Translations under genes and position numbers: made by a program | Assembly: GCA_965223755.1 (NCBI GenBank) | Contig: CBDCXF010000002.1 | Location: forward strand, 602,526-666,525 | DNA from: Candidatus Multivoradales bacterium | Lineage (GTDB): Bacteria; Acidobacteriota; Thermoanaerobaculia; Multivoradales; JAHEKO01 | Reading direction: 5' to 3' | Length of the DNA stretch: 64,000 nucleotides | The notes under the pieces: model-generated | Told to the model about the DNA's origin: nothing | The model's database searches: none | Seen by the model: only the letters and a program-made list of their open reading frames with translations | Part shown: one piece after another, positions 40,506-50,854 of the stretch | How positions within the stretch are numbered: the stretch's first letter is position 1 | How the letters are laid out: each line of letters opens with the position of its first letter

Positions 40506-40931
40506 TCAAGTTCGTAGCTGTTTCCGAATCACCAGTTTGAGGCCGGACCAGACCTCGTCGACGGCGCACACCTTCACGTCCACCAACCCAAGCGGTAGAG
40601 CCACTTCGCGCACGACGTTTTCAGTGACATCGGTCGGCACCTTGGATGCCTTCTTCGGCCAGGACACCCAGATCATTCCATCCTGATTGATCTGCTGGCG
40701 CATCTTCGGCAAACGGCGGGCCATTTCGCGCTTCGACTTGGTGAAGAAGTGCCAGATATGAATGTCTGAACGTATGCGTCCCGAGACGATCACTGCCTCG
40801 GGAAGTGGTGCGACAAGCTCAAGGTAGTGATCGGGAGCGTTGCTGGTGCGCACGCGCGCTCCCTCTCGAATGCCGAGTTTCTTCGCCAAGGGCGTGCCGG
40901 AGTATCCAAACGAAGTTCCAGTCATCGACAA
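40506..40931 (-). CDS. DUF3052-like protein
   Basis: GYSGTPLAKKLGI, WVSWPKKASK, GLVDVKVCAVDEVWSGLKLV. Confidence 0.85.
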   Translation of the reverse strand: MSMTGTSFGYSGTPLAKKLGIREGARVRTSNAPDHYLELVAPLPEAVIVSGRIRSDIHIWHFFTKSKREMARRLPKMRQQINQDGMIWVSWPKKASKVPTDVTENVVREVALPLGLVDVKVCAVDEVWSGLKLVIRKQLRT

Positions 40932-41773
40932 TTCTCCAAGATCGCCGCGGCAAAGCGCTCACTCGCTTTTGGCTCGTGGCGCAAGAACAGCTCTGGTTCA
41001 ATCAACTCCAACTCCATCAACCAGTAGGAGCTGCCGTGGCTGGCTCGCGCCATGTCAACCCGCGCGTACAAGGGCAGTTCATCCAAGACTGCCAGAACAT
41101 TCTCAGCGGCCTGAACCAGGCTAGCCGGCGGATCTACGGCAACGGAATTGCCTCCCAGTTCTCCCTGAACTCGGTAGTCCCCCCGCGCCGGGCGCTTGAG
41201 CACCGTATGGCTCAGGCTGCCGGAGAAGAAAATCAGCGAGTATTCTCCCTCGTCAACCACCGATTGGACGAGAGGCTGAAGCATCAGACCGGCGGACTGC
41301 GACGACAGGCGCATCGACTCTTCACGGTCAGTGGCCGCCAAGCTCCGGACCCCGGACGCGCTCGCCCCGACTGTCGGCTTCACCACTAGCCGTTCAGCAT
41401 TGTTGGCGGCAACGAATGCGATCGCCTCATCCTCAGTCCACGGGCCCCACAGGGTCGGCACCACCTCGACCTCGCAGGCGGCCAGATCGCGTAGATAGCT
41501 TTTGTCGGCGTTCCACTGCACTTGTGCCAGGGAATTCATGAGCCGCGCCCCGGCTGCATCGATTTTGGCTAGGCGCTGCAAAAACTGCGGCAACTGTCGA
41601 TGGTAGTCCCAAGTCGATCGGATGACGGCGCAATCGAAGGTCGACCAATCGATTTGCGCGTCCGACCAAGATAGGGCGGTGCACGTTGCGCCCCGCTCCT
41701 CCAGGGCCTTCGCCGCCCAGCGATCATCTTCCGTCAAACCGTGCTTATCGGTGGTGAGAAAGGCGCAGTGCAT
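40922..41773 (-). CDS. RimK/glutathione-synthetase-like ATP-grasp protein
   Basis: IRSTWDY, WNADKSYL, VVKPTVGAS, DYRVQ, YARVD, MELELIEP. Confidence 0.85.
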   Translation of the reverse strand: MHCAFLTTDKHGLTEDDRWAAKALEERGATCTALSWSDAQIDWSTFDCAVIRSTWDYHRQLPQFLQRLAKIDAAGARLMNSLAQVQWNADKSYLRDLAACEVEVVPTLWGPWTEDEAIAFVAANNAERLVVKPTVGASASGVRSLAATDREESMRLSSQSAGLMLQPLVQSVVDEGEYSLIFFSGSLSHTVLKRPARGDYRVQGELGGNSVAVDPPASLVQAAENVLAVLDELPLYARVDMARASHGSSYWLMELELIEPELFLRHEPKASERFAAAILENCR

Positions 41774-41777
41774 GAGG

Positions 41778-42650
41778 TTATAGACCGACCTTGTGCTCTC
41801 CCAATGCTCTTGCGAGACCCCGAATCCAGCTTCGAGGAAGTCCGTCGTCCCAGTCTGCTGTCGCCTCCACTCGCCCACGGCTCCCCACTGCCAACCCCTG
41901 TTCGACCGCAACCTCGTGTCTCGATTGCGTGGGACCCCGTTTCTCAAGCAAGTACGCAGCCAAACACCCGGCGCTGTTGCCGTTGACGGCATCTTCATCG
42001 ACCCCGATTGCCGGCGCGAACATCCGTCCGCATGCGGTGTCGTCGCCCTCGAGGCAGAAGGCGAAGGCTCCGATCGATCCCGTAGCGCGACAAAGGTCCC
42101 GCAGCGCCGCGAAATGCGGCGCCAGGCTGCGCAAGACATCTTGCGAGCGCAACGGCACTAAGAATCTTGGGGTCCCAGGTGACGCGCTGACCAACTCCAA
42201 GTTCGGGTCGAGGTCGGCGGTTTCGAGTCTTAACGTCGCGAGCACTTGCTTCGCAACCTGAGGATCGGGGCGCTCAATGCGCGTCGGGTTCTGTCGCAAG
42301 CGCACCAGCCCCAAGGCCGTCGTCGATTCGACGACCACCTCCTGTTTTCCTCCTGGAGCCACTTGATGGTTGCGCCAAGGCGTGCTTTGGCCGGTTACTC
42401 CTGCGTACCGCCATTGGGTGGCGATGGTGGCGTGGGCGCAGTTCTTGAGTTCGTGGCCCCGAGCCCAAAAACGGACCTGGGTGGTCGACGAATCAATGGC
42501 AGAGATGAACGCTAAGTGAGACGCCGAACGAAGCGCCCTCGACGCTTCAGCCATGGCGGAGTCCGGAATTGGTTCATCTGTGACCGCGACACCGGCCGGG
42601 CTTCCGGGCGAGTCCTTGGTGGCGAATCCGCCGACGATCTGGACTTTCAT
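41778..42650 (-). CDS. PhzF-family (DAP epimerase fold) protein
   Basis: GSPAGV, CAHATIA, RMFAPAIGVDEDAVNGNS, EQG. Confidence 0.85.
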   Translation of the reverse strand: MKVQIVGGFATKDSPGSPAGVAVTDEPIPDSAMAEASRALRSASHLAFISAIDSSTTQVRFWARGHELKNCAHATIATQWRYAGVTGQSTPWRNHQVAPGGKQEVVVESTTALGLVRLRQNPTRIERPDPQVAKQVLATLRLETADLDPNLELVSASPGTPRFLVPLRSQDVLRSLAPHFAALRDLCRATGSIGAFAFCLEGDDTACGRMFAPAIGVDEDAVNGNSAGCLAAYLLEKRGPTQSRHEVAVEQGLAVGSRGRVEATADWDDGLPRSWIRGLARALGEHKVGL

Positions 42651-42663
42651 GCGGTTGCCGAAT

Positions 42664-43092
42664 TTACGGTGCCGTTCCTCGGCCGAGAAGATACGCCCCA
42701 ACGGTCGCCAGGATCGGGTCCACCACTCCCATCGCCGCAGCGCTGGAGAGAAATGCCGCGTGCTCTGCCTCACTGCCCGCCGGTAGGTGTGCGATGTGGT
42801 CGGGCGAAATCATGACGTAGTGGTGGTAGCCGGCAAAAACGAACGACGCCAGCATCGCGGCGATGAACAAGTACAAGCTCAGGGCGGCCTGCCAGTGGGG
42901 CCTTTGCACGAGAACCGCAGCGGCAATTGGCAGGCCGAGAATGACGACATAGACGAAGAGGTCTTTCGCCGGCGGCAGATCGATCCCGAGTGCTTCATGA
43001 GCTAAGCCATGCCAAACGGTCACCGCCAAATGGACGACAACCAAAACGGGAATGACAACGCCGGGCTTGCCTAAGCTATGGCCGCGCTCCAC
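42664..43092 (-). CDS. Hypothetical 4-TM membrane protein
   Basis: Four hydrophobic segments with His residues; start uncertain. Confidence 0.6.
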   Translation of the reverse strand: MERGHSLGKPGVVIPVLVVVHLAVTVWHGLAHEALGIDLPPAKDLFVYVVILGLPIAAAVLVQRPHWQAALSLYLFIAAMLASFVFAGYHHYVMISPDHIAHLPAGSEAEHAAFLSSAAAMGVVDPILATVGAYLLGRGTAP

Positions 43093-43094
43093 CG

Positions 43095-43625
43095 CTACCA
43101 GCCTTCGCGTTCGGCCGTGGTCGTGATGTGCGCCAGGTGATGGCGACCGTGCCACGAATAGATCGCGGTCGTGGAGCGAATGTCGACCGTTCCCCATTCC
43201 GGATGTCGGAACGTGCGTTCGAGGTCGGCGGCGGAAAGACCGCGGAGCAATATCACCCAGCGAGCATGTAAGGCGCCCAGGAGATCGAGGCTGATTTCTA
43301 CCGGCGTGTCGCGATAGTCCCCAAGCTCTGCCCACAGTGCCTCTTCATAGGTCTTGATCTTGGGCGCGTCTTCGGTGAGGGCCCACTTGCAGCGCACGTA
43401 CGCATTAAGGTGAGAGTCGACCAAGTGGTGCACGACCTGACGCAAGGTCCAGCCGTCCGGTCGGTAGGCGGTGCCGAGTTGGTCCTCATTCAGATTTTCA
43501 ACCGCGTTGCTCACCAATTGCGGCAGCGCCGCGATGTCATCGATCCACGACGCCAGATCTGCATCCGACATGCTCTCTGGAATCTGGAATCGACCGATCG
43601 GGTATCTGAGTTCTTCCATCATCAA
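43095..43625 (-). CDS. YfiT/BstA-like DinB-superfamily thiol transferase
   Basis: LRYPIGRF, YRPDGWTLRQVVHHLVDSH, YSWHGRHHLAHI. Confidence 0.9.
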   Translation of the reverse strand: MMMEELRYPIGRFQIPESMSDADLASWIDDIAALPQLVSNAVENLNEDQLGTAYRPDGWTLRQVVHHLVDSHLNAYVRCKWALTEDAPKIKTYEEALWAELGDYRDTPVEISLDLLGALHARWVILLRGLSAADLERTFRHPEWGTVDIRSTTAIYSWHGRHHLAHITTTAEREGW

Positions 43626-43647
43626 GCGACTCTACTCGCTCAGCCGC

Positions 43648-45279
43648 TCAATAGGACGGCAGCCACATCAGGTCCCGAACCGCCTGCTCAAGATCATCCG
43701 GACGCGAACAACCGGCGGTTCGGTCAGTGAAAGCGATCTGTGCAACCGCCATCGCTATGACCCGTGACACCTCGCGAATGTTTGAAAGCGGTGGGTACAA
43801 GGAACCCGCTTCGAGCATCGCGAGCGTGACCTGATCGGCCAGACTCTGCGCCGCCGCCAAGAACATGCCGTCGGTGACGCGACTCGCTTGAGAAGCGACG
43901 ACACCCAGCCCCACACCGGGAAAAATATAGGCGTTGTTGCCCTGCCCAGGTCTTCGTTCCCGGCCGTCCACAACCACCGGGTCGAAGGGACTCCCCGATG
44001 CGAAGAGGGCGCGCCCCTCACTCCATCGATAGGCCTGTTCAGCCGTGCACTCAGCCTTCGAGGTTGGATTCGACAACGCCATGATCACCGGCATGTCGTT
44101 GAGTTCGGCCACCCGGCTGACCACTTCCTCGCTGAAAGTTCCGGGCGCACCAGTGGCTCCGACCAGGACCTGGGGCTGAATGCGTTGTAGCGCCTCCATC
44201 AGATCGGCTGGCGCTTCATCCCGCGCGTAGGGCCGTTTGTGTTCGGCGAGGCGACCGCGACCCGCGGTTACCAGGCCTTGCGAATCGATAAAGCTCAGGC
44301 GGGATCGCGCTTCCTCCAGATCCAGCCCTTGATCGACCCATGAGTGCACCATGAGGTCGCCGATCCCGGTCGCCGCCGAGCCGGCTCCCACAAACATCAC
44401 GTTGGTATCGACCCACGGCCGACCGGTCACCCGCGCCGAAGCCAGCACGCCGGCCAGCGCGACCGCCGCGGTGCCTTGGATGTCGTCGTTGAAACACAGA
44501 ACTCGATCGCGATAGCGACGCAGCAAGGCGTAAGCGTTGGGGGTCAAGAAATCTTCGAACTGAATCAATGCCCTCGGGTAGGCGTCTTGGATTGCGGCCA
44601 CAAACTCCTCGACCAATTCGTCGTAGGCGGCGCCCCTCACCCGCTGCTCGCGAATGCCGAGATAGAGCGGGTCTTCGAGCAACTCTTGATTGTCGGTGCC
44701 GACATCCAGCATCACCGGCAGGCACCAGTGGGGCGGAATTCCACCGCAAGCGGTATAGAGCGATAGCTTGCCGATGGGAATCCCCATGCCGTTGGCGCCG
44801 AGATCGCCAAGACCCAGGATTCGCTCGCCGTCGGTCACGACAATGACGCGCACGTTTTGGTCCGGCCAATGGTCTAGAAGTTCGCGGATACGGCCGCGGT
44901 CGTTTGGGGTGACGTAGAAACCCCGCGCCTGACGATAAATGTGCGCGAATTCCTTGCAAGCCTGACCCACAGTCGGGGTGTAGATGAGGGGCATCATCTC
45001 CTCGATGTGGGAGATCACCGTGTGGTAGAAGAGGCGCTCATTGCGTCCTTGAAGAGCCGCTAAGAAGATGTAGCGCTCGATATCGGATTCCTTGCGGCGG
45101 ATGTTTTCGAGCGTCCGTGCGACCTGTTGCTCGAGCGAGCTGACGGCGGCTGGGAGAAGTCCCCGGAGGCCGAGGCGATCGCGCTCCTCGTCACTGAAAC
45201 CCGTTCCTTTGTTGAGCCAAGGACTACGCAATACATCGACACCGCGCAACGAGATCGAATTGGAATCGGGATCTTTCAT
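43648..45279 (-). CDS. maeA: NAD-dependent malic enzyme
   Basis: NKGTGF, IYTPTVG, TDGERILGLGDLG, FNDDIQGT, LSNPT, GQGNN. Confidence 0.95.
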   Translation of the reverse strand: MKDPDSNSISLRGVDVLRSPWLNKGTGFSDEERDRLGLRGLLPAAVSSLEQQVARTLENIRRKESDIERYIFLAALQGRNERLFYHTVISHIEEMMPLIYTPTVGQACKEFAHIYRQARGFYVTPNDRGRIRELLDHWPDQNVRVIVVTDGERILGLGDLGANGMGIPIGKLSLYTACGGIPPHWCLPVMLDVGTDNQELLEDPLYLGIREQRVRGAAYDELVEEFVAAIQDAYPRALIQFEDFLTPNAYALLRRYRDRVLCFNDDIQGTAAVALAGVLASARVTGRPWVDTNVMFVGAGSAATGIGDLMVHSWVDQGLDLEEARSRLSFIDSQGLVTAGRGRLAEHKRPYARDEAPADLMEALQRIQPQVLVGATGAPGTFSEEVVSRVAELNDMPVIMALSNPTSKAECTAEQAYRWSEGRALFASGSPFDPVVVDGRERRPGQGNNAYIFPGVGLGVVASQASRVTDGMFLAAAQSLADQVTLAMLEAGSLYPPLSNIREVSRVIAMAVAQIAFTDRTAGCSRPDDLEQAVRDLMWLPSY

Positions 45280-45386
45280 TTCGCTCGTGCAAGGATGCGT
45301 TGCCCTAGCATACCGGCGTCGCGGCGGCTCCTCGGGTTACAGTATGCGCCGCAGGGAAGCCGCTGAAAAACCCAGGAGACAGCCTG

Positions 45387-46148
45387 TTGATCGTCCTACT
45401 TTCACCCGCAAAAACTCTCGACGAGACGCCCACCAACGGCCTGCCGACGACCCAGCCCTGGTTCGAGGACGACACTCGAACACTGCTGGAGTACTGCCGC
45501 CGACTTTCGGCCGATGATCTCAAGAGCCTGATGAAGATCAACGACTCTCTCGCCGAACTCAACCACGATCGGTTCCAGGCGTTGTCGTTTCCTTTCAGCA
45601 AAGACAATGCAAAACCGGCGGTACTGACCTTCAAGGGCGATGTCTATCGCACTTTGGACGCTGCTTCGCTGAGCCAGGATGACCTTCTCTACGCCCAAGA
45701 TCACCTCCGCATCCTTTCGGGTTTCTATGGACTTCTGCGGCCGCTCGACCTCATGCAGCCCTACCGGCTCGAAATGGGCACGCGCCTGGCGACCGATCGC
45801 GGCGCCAACCTCTATGACTTTTGGGGTACTCGGTTGGTGGAACGGATCAACCAAGAGTACCAACAGCGCCCCTTTGCCGCGGTGCTCAACCTTGCCTCCA
45901 ACGAGTACTTCAAAGCGGTGCCGACCGAGCACCTCGCGCCGCCCTTGATTCAAGCATCGTTCAAAGAAATCCGTGACGGCCAACCCAAGACCATCGCCAT
46001 CTACGCCAAGAAGGCGCGCGGCTCGATGGCGCGCTTTCAGATTCGCAATCGGATTGAGGATCCTGAAGGGCTCAAAGATTTCGCCGAAGACGGCTACGCA
46101 CTCGATTCGACGCTGTCGACGGACAGTGACTTGGTCTTCGTTCGCTAG
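45387..46148 (+). CDS. yaaA: Peroxide stress protein YaaA (DUF328)
   Basis: LSPAKTLD, FKGDVY, GLLRPLD..PYRLEMG, NLASNEYF, AKKARG. Confidence 0.93.
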   Translation: MIVLLSPAKTLDETPTNGLPTTQPWFEDDTRTLLEYCRRLSADDLKSLMKINDSLAELNHDRFQALSFPFSKDNAKPAVLTFKGDVYRTLDAASLSQDDLLYAQDHLRILSGFYGLLRPLDLMQPYRLEMGTRLATDRGANLYDFWGTRLVERINQEYQQRPFAAVLNLASNEYFKAVPTEHLAPPLIQASFKEIRDGQPKTIAIYAKKARGSMARFQIRNRIEDPEGLKDFAEDGYALDSTLSTDSDLVFVR

Positions 46149-46906
46149 TCGGTCGCTTCGTTGGTGCCCGCTGGGGACACCGAGGCGTTGGCTTGCTGCG
46201 CCGCCGCAAACAAAACCGGACTGAAGTCGGCGGGGATGCCCCCGGTCGCGATCTTCTCAGCCACGCTGGGATCCGCGGCGCATCCTGCGACCAAGCCTTC
46301 GCACATGACGAGTGCCGCCAACAGGCTGCCCAGGCCGCTGGGATGGAATCGATCCGGGTTGTAGAGCTGTAGGCTCGGTTCGACCTCCCAGGCCCGCAGC
46401 CATGCGACCCCAACTGGAAACAAAAGACCGTCGATCTCCAACGCGGCGGTGCGGTAGGAGTCAATGACCCCATCAAAATCAAAGGACCGAGACGCGGCCG
46501 GCCACACCATGTAGATCGCCGGCTCGGCACCCAGATCGCGAATGCGCCGAGCAAATTTCTTCGAGTAGCGCAGCAACGAGGGCCGACCCTCGGTTGCCGA
46601 AGGCCCTTGTTGCAACACCACGAAGTCCCACTCTCTGGAGGCCAGGGCCTTGCGCGTCGACCGCGCGGCCCAGTGATCCTGCAACCCCCAGTTCGGGTGC
46701 GCTGCCGATTCGATCTTCCCGACTTTCGTGCCAGTTGCCGTCAGAAGCTCTTCAACCAATCGAGGCAGATCGTTGGCGTAGGTCAGGCTGTTGCCGATAA
46801 AGAGGATGTCGAGAGCCTCATCCTCGGCGGCCCGCGCGGGTGACAAAGGGCCGGCCAGGGCGACGAACACTAGCCACGACGCCGTCTTGGTCAGCTTAGA
46901 GATCAT
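46145..46906 (-). CDS. Secreted SGNH/GDSL hydrolase-like protein
   Basis: LFIGNSLT block I; DRFHPS (DxxH). Confidence 0.8.
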   Translation of the reverse strand: MISKLTKTASWLVFVALAGPLSPARAAEDEALDILFIGNSLTYANDLPRLVEELLTATGTKVGKIESAAHPNWGLQDHWAARSTRKALASREWDFVVLQQGPSATEGRPSLLRYSKKFARRIRDLGAEPAIYMVWPAASRSFDFDGVIDSYRTAALEIDGLLFPVGVAWLRAWEVEPSLQLYNPDRFHPSGLGSLLAALVMCEGLVAGCAADPSVAEKIATGGIPADFSPVLFAAAQQANASVSPAGTNEATD

Positions 46907-47244
46907 CCCAAACGACTGCCGTTGGGGACCTCGCGCTCCGGAACGACGAGAACGACCGCTCCGTCGTCGCGATAGAACCCCGTCACCAGAACCTCAGAGC
47001 GCATGGGCCCGATCTGCATGGGCGGGAAGTTGGTCACGCCGACGACCTGGCGGCCGACGAGTTCTTCCGCCTTGTAAAGAGTGGTGATCTGGGCGCTGGC
47101 TTTCTTGACCCCCAGGTCGGGACCAAAGTCGACCTTCAGTTTGTATGCGGGTTTCCTCGCCTCGGGAAACGGGTCCGCCTTGACGACAGTGCCGACGCGA
47201 ATCTCGACCGCCTCAAAGTCCGCCCACTGAATCGTTTCGCTCAT
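46903..47244 (-). CDS. csaA: CsaA tRNA-binding / export chaperone
   Basis: EARKPAYKL, ASAQIT, NFPPMQIG..SEVLVTG. Confidence 0.9.
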   Translation of the reverse strand: MSETIQWADFEAVEIRVGTVVKADPFPEARKPAYKLKVDFGPDLGVKKASAQITTLYKAEELVGRQVVGVTNFPPMQIGPMRSEVLVTGFYRDDGAVVLVVPEREVPNGSRLG

Positions 47245-47340
47245 GGCAACGATTGTACGAGGCGATCCTTTGAATTGGCCCAAAATTGAAAAGAGGGGGC
47301 CTTGCACCCCGTCTTGCAGGATCCCGCTGAGATCGACCAG

Positions 47341-48060
47341 CTATCCGACGGCCAGATCGGCCGACGACATATCCACCGTCACCATAAAACCGGTGGTGCC
47401 GTTGAATTCGAAGGCTTGTTCGCCAACCTTCCAAGTCTCGACCTCGTTGGGCATCATCTTGAATCCGCTATTGCGCGGCGCACCAAAATAGGCGACGTGC
47501 TGGAGAATGCCGGTCTCACCGTCCATGCCTTCCCAGGCGTTGAGGATGATGTGCGCGTTGTCGCCACCGGCCAGTTTCGCCTCAGCGCGATCCTCGTCCG
47601 CCACCCATTCGATTTCAGCGTCTTCAGCGACTTCGAAAGATTTCCAGGAGACCGGGAAGATGTGAGTGAGCGCGGTCGCCACGCCTTGCTTCTGCGCGTC
47701 CGTGGTTCCCGGAGCAAACGTCACCACCGCCCATTCGGTCTCGCCGTCTTCCCAGTTGTCGCCCAGATCGCCAGCGACCCAAAACTTGACCCCCGACAAA
47801 TCGGTGTCGCCGTGGTGTCCTTCATTCACTTTGTAGGCCATGTTGAATTTACAGAAGTGTTCGCCGTCGTGCTCCGCGTGCGAAGCCGGTTCGGTGTTGA
47901 AGTAACACTGGCAGAACATCGGACAACTGCATGCTTCGATGACGGTGCCATTGAAGTGCCAATCGGCGCCTTCACTGGCGATCAGAATCGGCGCGACGAC
48001 CAGGGACAGCGCTGCAACACTGCCCAGCAAAATCCTCGCTAGTGGATATCTCCGGCGCAT
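47341..48060 (-). CDS. Secreted DUF1326-family protein
   Basis: Signal peptide; W.FNG..IEACSC.MFCQC metal-binding motif. Confidence 0.8.
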   Translation of the reverse strand: MRRRYPLARILLGSVAALSLVVAPILIASEGADWHFNGTVIEACSCPMFCQCYFNTEPASHAEHDGEHFCKFNMAYKVNEGHHGDTDLSGVKFWVAGDLGDNWEDGETEWAVVTFAPGTTDAQKQGVATALTHIFPVSWKSFEVAEDAEIEWVADEDRAEAKLAGGDNAHIILNAWEGMDGETGILQHVAYFGAPRNSGFKMMPNEVETWKVGEQAFEFNGTTGFMVTVDMSSADLAVG

Positions 48061-48302
48061 TCGATACCTCCTTGCGTCGCCCTTGGGGCGGATGGTTTGT
48101 CGGGCGACGGTGACTCTCTTCGAGGCCGGCTCCCGCTTCGGAAAACTGAAACCAACATAACGACAGAAACGCCAACGGTCAAGAAGATTCCGTTGCGGCG
48201 GACCACCCCTCCCAGATCTTTCGACTCCTGCGCTGCGCTCAGTCGCTCAAGATGACATGTCCTGTCGTTTCCGCCGCAAGTCGCAGATCGAAGTGAAGGC
48301 AC

Positions 48303-49235
48303 CTAGCTCCGGCGTCGAGCTCGAAGCTCGCGGGGGAGGAGCGCCGAATAGAGAAAATCATGGGTGGGAACCTCGACTCCGAGTTCTCGCCCTAGGCGAA
48401 CCATGGTGCCGTTCAAGGCTTCGAGCTCCGTGCGCCGACCGGCGGCAAAATCCCGCTGCATCGAACTGGTTCCGTCTTGGGGCAATTTGTCCACGAAGGC
48501 CAAGGATCGCTCGGTCACATCGTCTTCCAGAACGACTCCCGCGGCCTGTGCCACAACGATCACTTCATCCATCGCCGAACGCAGCAAGTCGCGCGTAGCC
48601 AGCGTCGACCTCAGTTCGCCCATCGGCACCTGGGCTACCGAGCTGACGCCGGCGACCGGAGCGAAGAAGTAAAACTTCCTCCAGATGACCGCCTCGATCT
48701 CTTCACTGGCGTGGACTTTTAGTCCCTTTGCTGCGTCGAGTACGGCGGCTAAGTCTTCGGCTCGAGCCGACGAACTCGCGCTCAATTCACCGACAATGAC
48801 GGTGGGATCCGCTCCGACATGGCGAATGACGCCTGGCTTCTCGATGAAGCTGATGATGCGGCAGCTCCCACCCAGTACACGTTCCTGCCCGAACTCGGTA
48901 GCGATCTGCTCCGCTGCTTGAACGCCATTCTGCAACCCAACCAAGACCGTGTTGTCGCCGACCATCGGTCCGACGGCCTCCAACGCGGCCGGCAACTGCC
49001 AGGTTTTGGTGGCCAGAACCACCAGGTCCACTTCACCGATCTGCCCGGCGTCATCGGTCGCTTGGACCTCCACGTCGGCGTCGCCCAGCGGGCTCCTCAC
49101 CTGCAGGCCGGTGGTGCGGATGGCATCTAGATGCGCCCCGCGCGCCAGCAGCGCCACGTCGAGGCCGGATTCGGCCCAACGAACGCCGAAGTAGCCGCCC
49201 ACACCTCCAGCTCCCACCACCGCTACTCGCACCAA
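48303..49235 (-). CDS. panE: 2-dehydropantoate 2-reductase
   Basis: GAGGVGG, LQNG, WRK, SSMQRD, TELEALNG. Confidence 0.9.
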   Translation of the reverse strand: MVRVAVVGAGGVGGYFGVRWAESGLDVALLARGAHLDAIRTTGLQVRSPLGDADVEVQATDDAGQIGEVDLVVLATKTWQLPAALEAVGPMVGDNTVLVGLQNGVQAAEQIATEFGQERVLGGSCRIISFIEKPGVIRHVGADPTVIVGELSASSSARAEDLAAVLDAAKGLKVHASEEIEAVIWRKFYFFAPVAGVSSVAQVPMGELRSTLATRDLLRSAMDEVIVVAQAAGVVLEDDVTERSLAFVDKLPQDGTSSMQRDFAAGRRTELEALNGTMVRLGRELGVEVPTHDFLYSALLPRELRARRRS

Positions 49236-49352
49236 CCACTCCCCTCGCTCGGCAAACTCTCCCGCATCTCGTAGCGCAGCGACCGCTCGTCGAATCGCTC
49301 CAACACTCGGCGGTGCCGGATGCGGGCGATCACCGTGCGGCTCTGCTCGGCA

Positions 49353-49871
49353 TCAACCTGACGCCTCTCCAGCATCGCCGCCGAATAAAGACACCGGCGT
49401 GATGTGTCCCCACTGCATCAACAAACTCAAGTTGTCCCACTCCACCCATATCTCAGCGACCTTGCCACCCTCTACACGCAACGTCGAAATGAACGAGATC
49501 GACCCGTGCTTGTTCGAAGGCGGGAAAGGTCCGGATTGCCCAGATTGAGTCCCTGAGTACGTTGCGTGCACCGCGACCATGTCCGCAGCCGAGAAAATCT
49601 GGTTTACCTCGATGCTTGAGTTCGGCACGGCAACGAAGTCCTGCCCAAGAAAAGCTTTGAACTGATCCAAGGTCGTGATCTCGAGCCCTGGCGTGGCGTC
49701 GCAGTGGCGCTGAACGTCATCCGAGACCATCTGATCCAATGCGTCCAGGTGACGACTGTTGATCGCTTCGATCATCGCCAGGACGACTTCCTCCACGGAA
49801 GCGATCTCCTCCGGCTGAGCTGGCGCCACCATGAAAAGGCAAAGTGCGACAGACGGGAGCAAGGGTTTCAT
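49353..49871 (-). CDS. Secreted SnoaL-like ester cyclase family protein
   Basis: Signal peptide; SGTQSG, PPSNK, GKVAEIWVEWD. Confidence 0.8.
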   Translation of the reverse strand: MKPLLPSVALCLFMVAPAQPEEIASVEEVVLAMIEAINSRHLDALDQMVSDDVQRHCDATPGLEITTLDQFKAFLGQDFVAVPNSSIEVNQIFSAADMVAVHATYSGTQSGQSGPFPPSNKHGSISFISTLRVEGGKVAEIWVEWDNLSLLMQWGHITPVSLFGGDAGEASG

Positions 49872-49983
49872 GAGTACCTCCTTTGCAATCTTGCTTCCGA
49901 TTGTAGCGAGGTCCCGTTTGGCAGAGACTCCGCAAGCCGCGGCTCTCGGTCTTGTCGTAACCTATTCAGTGGCAGGAGGAATC

Positions 49984-50628
49984 ATGAAGACTCGATATTT
50001 GATCTGCATCGTTGCCGTATCCATGTTCATAGTCGCCGCCAGCTCGGCAACCGGCATTACTTCCGTCCAGCGCCATCCTGACGCTCCGGCTGAGGTCGAT
50101 CAATTCGGACGACTGGTTGGTAGCTGGGACTGCAAAGGTGCCAATCGCCAACAAGACGGATCGTGGAAAGAAAGCCCCGGCATCGAGCGCTGGGACTGGT
50201 TTTACATCTTGGATGGCTACGCCATCCAGGATGTCTGGCGCCCCGACATCGAGGCTAATCCCAACGCCTCACAGGGAACCAATCTGCGTTCCTTCAATTC
50301 AGAGACCGGATTTTGGGAAGTCATCTGGACCACCCAGAAGCGGGCCCACATCGAACACTATCGGGCTGCAGCCAGCGGTGATGACATCAACATCTACGCT
50401 GAGAGGCCCGCCAGCCCGAACTTTCCCCGGCACTTGATGCGCATCACCTTTCACAACATCTCGGACGACCACTTTGACTGGCGGTACGAGTCCTCCGGCT
50501 TGACCGACGGCCAAGATTGGACCGCAGTCGCCCGACTCTCGTGCGACCGCGTGGATGCCGAGGGACCTTTCAGCGACTTCCCTGATATCGACGGAGGCGG
50601 CATGCGTCCCGACGATTTTCCTCGCTAG
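49984..50628 (+). CDS. Hypothetical secreted beta-barrel protein (DUF1579-like)
   Basis: AGGAGG RBS, signal peptide; FGRLVGSWD, ILDGYAIQDVW, GTNLR. Confidence 0.65.
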   Translation: MKTRYLICIVAVSMFIVAASSATGITSVQRHPDAPAEVDQFGRLVGSWDCKGANRQQDGSWKESPGIERWDWFYILDGYAIQDVWRPDIEANPNASQGTNLRSFNSETGFWEVIWTTQKRAHIEHYRAAASGDDINIYAERPASPNFPRHLMRITFHNISDDHFDWRYESSGLTDGQDWTAVARLSCDRVDAEGPFSDFPDIDGGGMRPDDFPR

Positions 50629-50854
50629 CTCTCACGCGCCTTCAATGAACCGCAAACGTGCGTAAAAGAGCTACTCCCATATTCGGCCAAATTAGCAACG
50701 CTGTCTATTGATGGCACCGACGAACCTGAACGTCGCCGGGGCTCGGACGGCCATCTAGGACAGAGCCGCTGCAGAAGCCGCGTTTCTTGCAGAGCTTCGT
50801 TCTTGAGGGCGCGTCTCAACACCCCAGGGATATCTCAGTCACACCATAGTCGGC

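Noticed and set aside
40922-43625. Phenazine or RiPP cluster from PhzF plus ATP-grasp
   Set aside because: No other phz genes or precursor peptide; these are common stand-alone families
48070-48110. c-di-GMP-I-like string (ACAAACCATCC...GACGCAAGG) upstream of the DUF1326 gene
   Set aside because: No GNRA-capped P2 and no P3; better explained as a simple CGTCGCCC/GGGCGACG hairpin beside the RBS
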